A stretch of DNA of 64,000 bases from Raillietiella orientalis (taxonomy: Eukaryota): NCBI GenBank assembly GCA_036172245.1, contig JAYWIR010000053.1, forward strand, positions 558,001-622,000. Reading direction: 5' to 3'. The notes under the pieces are model-generated. The model saw nothing but the letters and a program-made list of their open reading frames with translations. It was not told the DNA's origin and ran no database searches. Position 1 is the stretch's first letter. Every line of letters starts with the position of its first letter. Positions 61,721-64,000 of this stretch are shown piece by piece. The position numbers and the translations under genes are program-made.

Positions 61721-64000
61721 TCATCGGATCACAGACTTCCTGAATCCGGGAGACTGCCCAGCTGGAATTGTCTGCAGTACGTAGCAACCGGATCCCGTGT
61801 GGCAGTGTGCACGAAGATGGAAGCGGAGAGAGAGAGATGCATGTGGAGTGCAACGGAGGGAAAGGAAGGGAGGACGATGAAACGCCCAAGGAAATAATGT
61901 TCCTGGAATACGTTTTCTGCTCCTGACTCTGTGATTCGGTTTCCCCAGATGAGGCCTTCAGAAAACCTTTTGGTTGTCTCCTCTTCCGCCTCTTTGGATC
62001 GGCTGCTACTGACTCCCTTCGTTCTTCCTGAAATCGACTTCACCATCCTCCCTCCTTTTCCCGCCGGTGTGCCTTCGATCCGGACGAGGCACGCTGCTAT
62101 GGAGGCAGGAGACAGGAAACCGCCGGTTTCGAAAGGCCGGGCACCCCTCCAGCTACGACCGGCCTCACGGGACCGAAGGAGGAGGTGCGACTTCCCTCCC
62201 ATTCCACGGATTTCGAAGCTGTGCCACAAATCATGCAAAAACGGTAGTGGTGGAGATGGAACGACTTCCGTTTCCGCTGGTTGTGTCTGTGGGTTCACCC
62301 GACTATGGTCGCCCTTCCACCAGGGCACAGCCCTCTTCACTTGATGGCGGTACGGAGGCTAAGACGCGGGTCGCCCGCTGAGGAGGTTCAGAATCACATA
62401 CCGTTCTGGGCGAAGGCTGCTTCGTCTCCGGGAGATGGCGAAGAAAAAAAAAACGAGGAGTGATGCTCCCCCTTTCCGGGCTAGAAACAGTGATGGGTTC
62501 GCCATCTTTTCCGATTCGACCGATCTGGAATCGACCCTGGTCCCCATGAGTCCTTCGGCCTCCGGAAGCCAGCCAGCGTGAAGGAGGCGGACCACCATTC
62601 CAACGCTGCCACCATCTTGAATGCTGCAGCTCTTCGGTTCGTTTTGTGCTCTGGGAAGAATGCAGACGCGGGAGAGTAGATTCCTCCGCAGTCGTTTCGA
62701 GAACATACGGGCGAATGTTTCCCGCCCTCCTCTTCTCTCAAACAACCGAAAGTATGGAAGACTTGGGGAGAGAGGGGGAAAAGTCTGCCTCTTTATCACC
62801 TCTGTTGGCTTTCTCTCCTGAGACAACACTTCTGGGATAAGCAAAAATTATCAGGACCTTCGGGATTACGGGGAACCGTCAGAACAATCAACGACTGACG
62901 GCGATCCTGCAAGCGAGCAGCTCTTTGAAAGGATTTCATTGGGTGCTGACCCTCGATACCTCCCTAGGTCCATTTTAACAGGAAGGAGCATCCAAGGAGT
63001 GGCATCAAACAAGCCAAATGACGATTTTGAGATGATTCTCTCGAGTCGACCATAGCAACAGCGCCAGGGGAAGGAATACAAAGTATAACTCCACCTCTGC
63101 AGGAACTGACCTTCCTGGAAGGAGGCCGCCAGGCAGCTCTTTCTGGCATTTCTGAGGTATACTTTCGAATTGCCTTAGCAGATACGCAGATGGACAAAAG
63201 TTCTCGAAATGGAGCACTTGCAAAACCGACCCAAAAGTGAAGAAATCTCTTATCAGAAAGAACGGGTATCGGCGAGTCGGGAAGGACGGAGATTGTCAAT
63301 GCACTTGGCTTGCCTCTTTCCTCGAATACTCACAATGCCGTGAAACTGGGAACTGGTGGATGTTTCACGGCTGGGACATGTGCTCTTTACCGTTGATGGA
63401 AGGATGGAACGGAGGGGAGGGGAGGATAGGCAGAGCTATGAACTGATATCGATATCACTGGTGATTACAATTCGCTATTTATTGCATCGGGTACACAAAA
63501 AAGCGATCATGGTCAAATGAAACAAGTAACAAACCCCGAAATACAATTAACAAAATTCGTTTAGTGTCGGCTCGGGTATTGGCAAACAGCCAGCCGTGAC
63601 AGCACCATTGTTGGCAGTCATCTATATATAGCGCTGTACCTGAGATATTTATAAGCCACCAATCGCGATCGCGCAGCATTGTTGGCAAATACTCGTCGGG
63701 TATCCCGGAAAAAGGCAAACGGAAGTGCACTTGCGAACGGAAGCGCGCGTGTCGCGGACGCACTCAGGGAAGCTTGGCTATCACGCGCGCTCCAGTCGTC
63801 TGTCGTCAGTCTCCATCGTGCCAGGTGGCGCGGGTCGGCACCCCTCGGTGCGACCCGCCTGCCGCTGCCAGCGCGCCGTGGGGGGGCGACGACTTCCTCG
63901 TCGATTACCATGGCGGAAGCCCTTCCGAGGTCGGCGGGTCTGTGCCGATGTCGAGAAGAGAGCGGATAGTGCGGTCGGCTGTCCGAACAGGAGTGGAATC

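Noticed and set aside
63444..63457. TGATATCGATATCA palindrome containing a DRE (TATCGATA) motif
   Set aside because: No downstream gene is identifiable in the window; a single short motif is insufficient.

Overview
This is eukaryotic, most likely arthropod, genomic DNA: very short GT-AG introns, a Beat-family Ig exon and an NRF-6-like acyltransferase. It is not prokaryotic, and no CRISPR array, rRNA gene or convincing tRNA gene was seen. An AT-rich core (~8.4-26.7 kb) holds four intact multi-exon genes that can be spliced by eye: PRPF4 (+), an unannotated ~180-aa membrane-anchored SRPBCC/START-like protein (-), STARD7 (-) and ANKLE1 (+). An inverted, intron-containing partial copy of ANKLE1 follows it. 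The GC-richer flanks hold gene pieces (acyltransferase-3/NRF-6, Beat-like Ig, acidic symmetric exons) and many mobile-element remnants: a tRNA-headed poly(A)-tailed SINE family, MITEs, a TTAA piggyBac-like element, degenerate mariner, Copia, RLE-type and APE-type non-LTR pieces, and a near-identical 632-bp direct duplication. All family assignments come from recalled motifs, not database searches.
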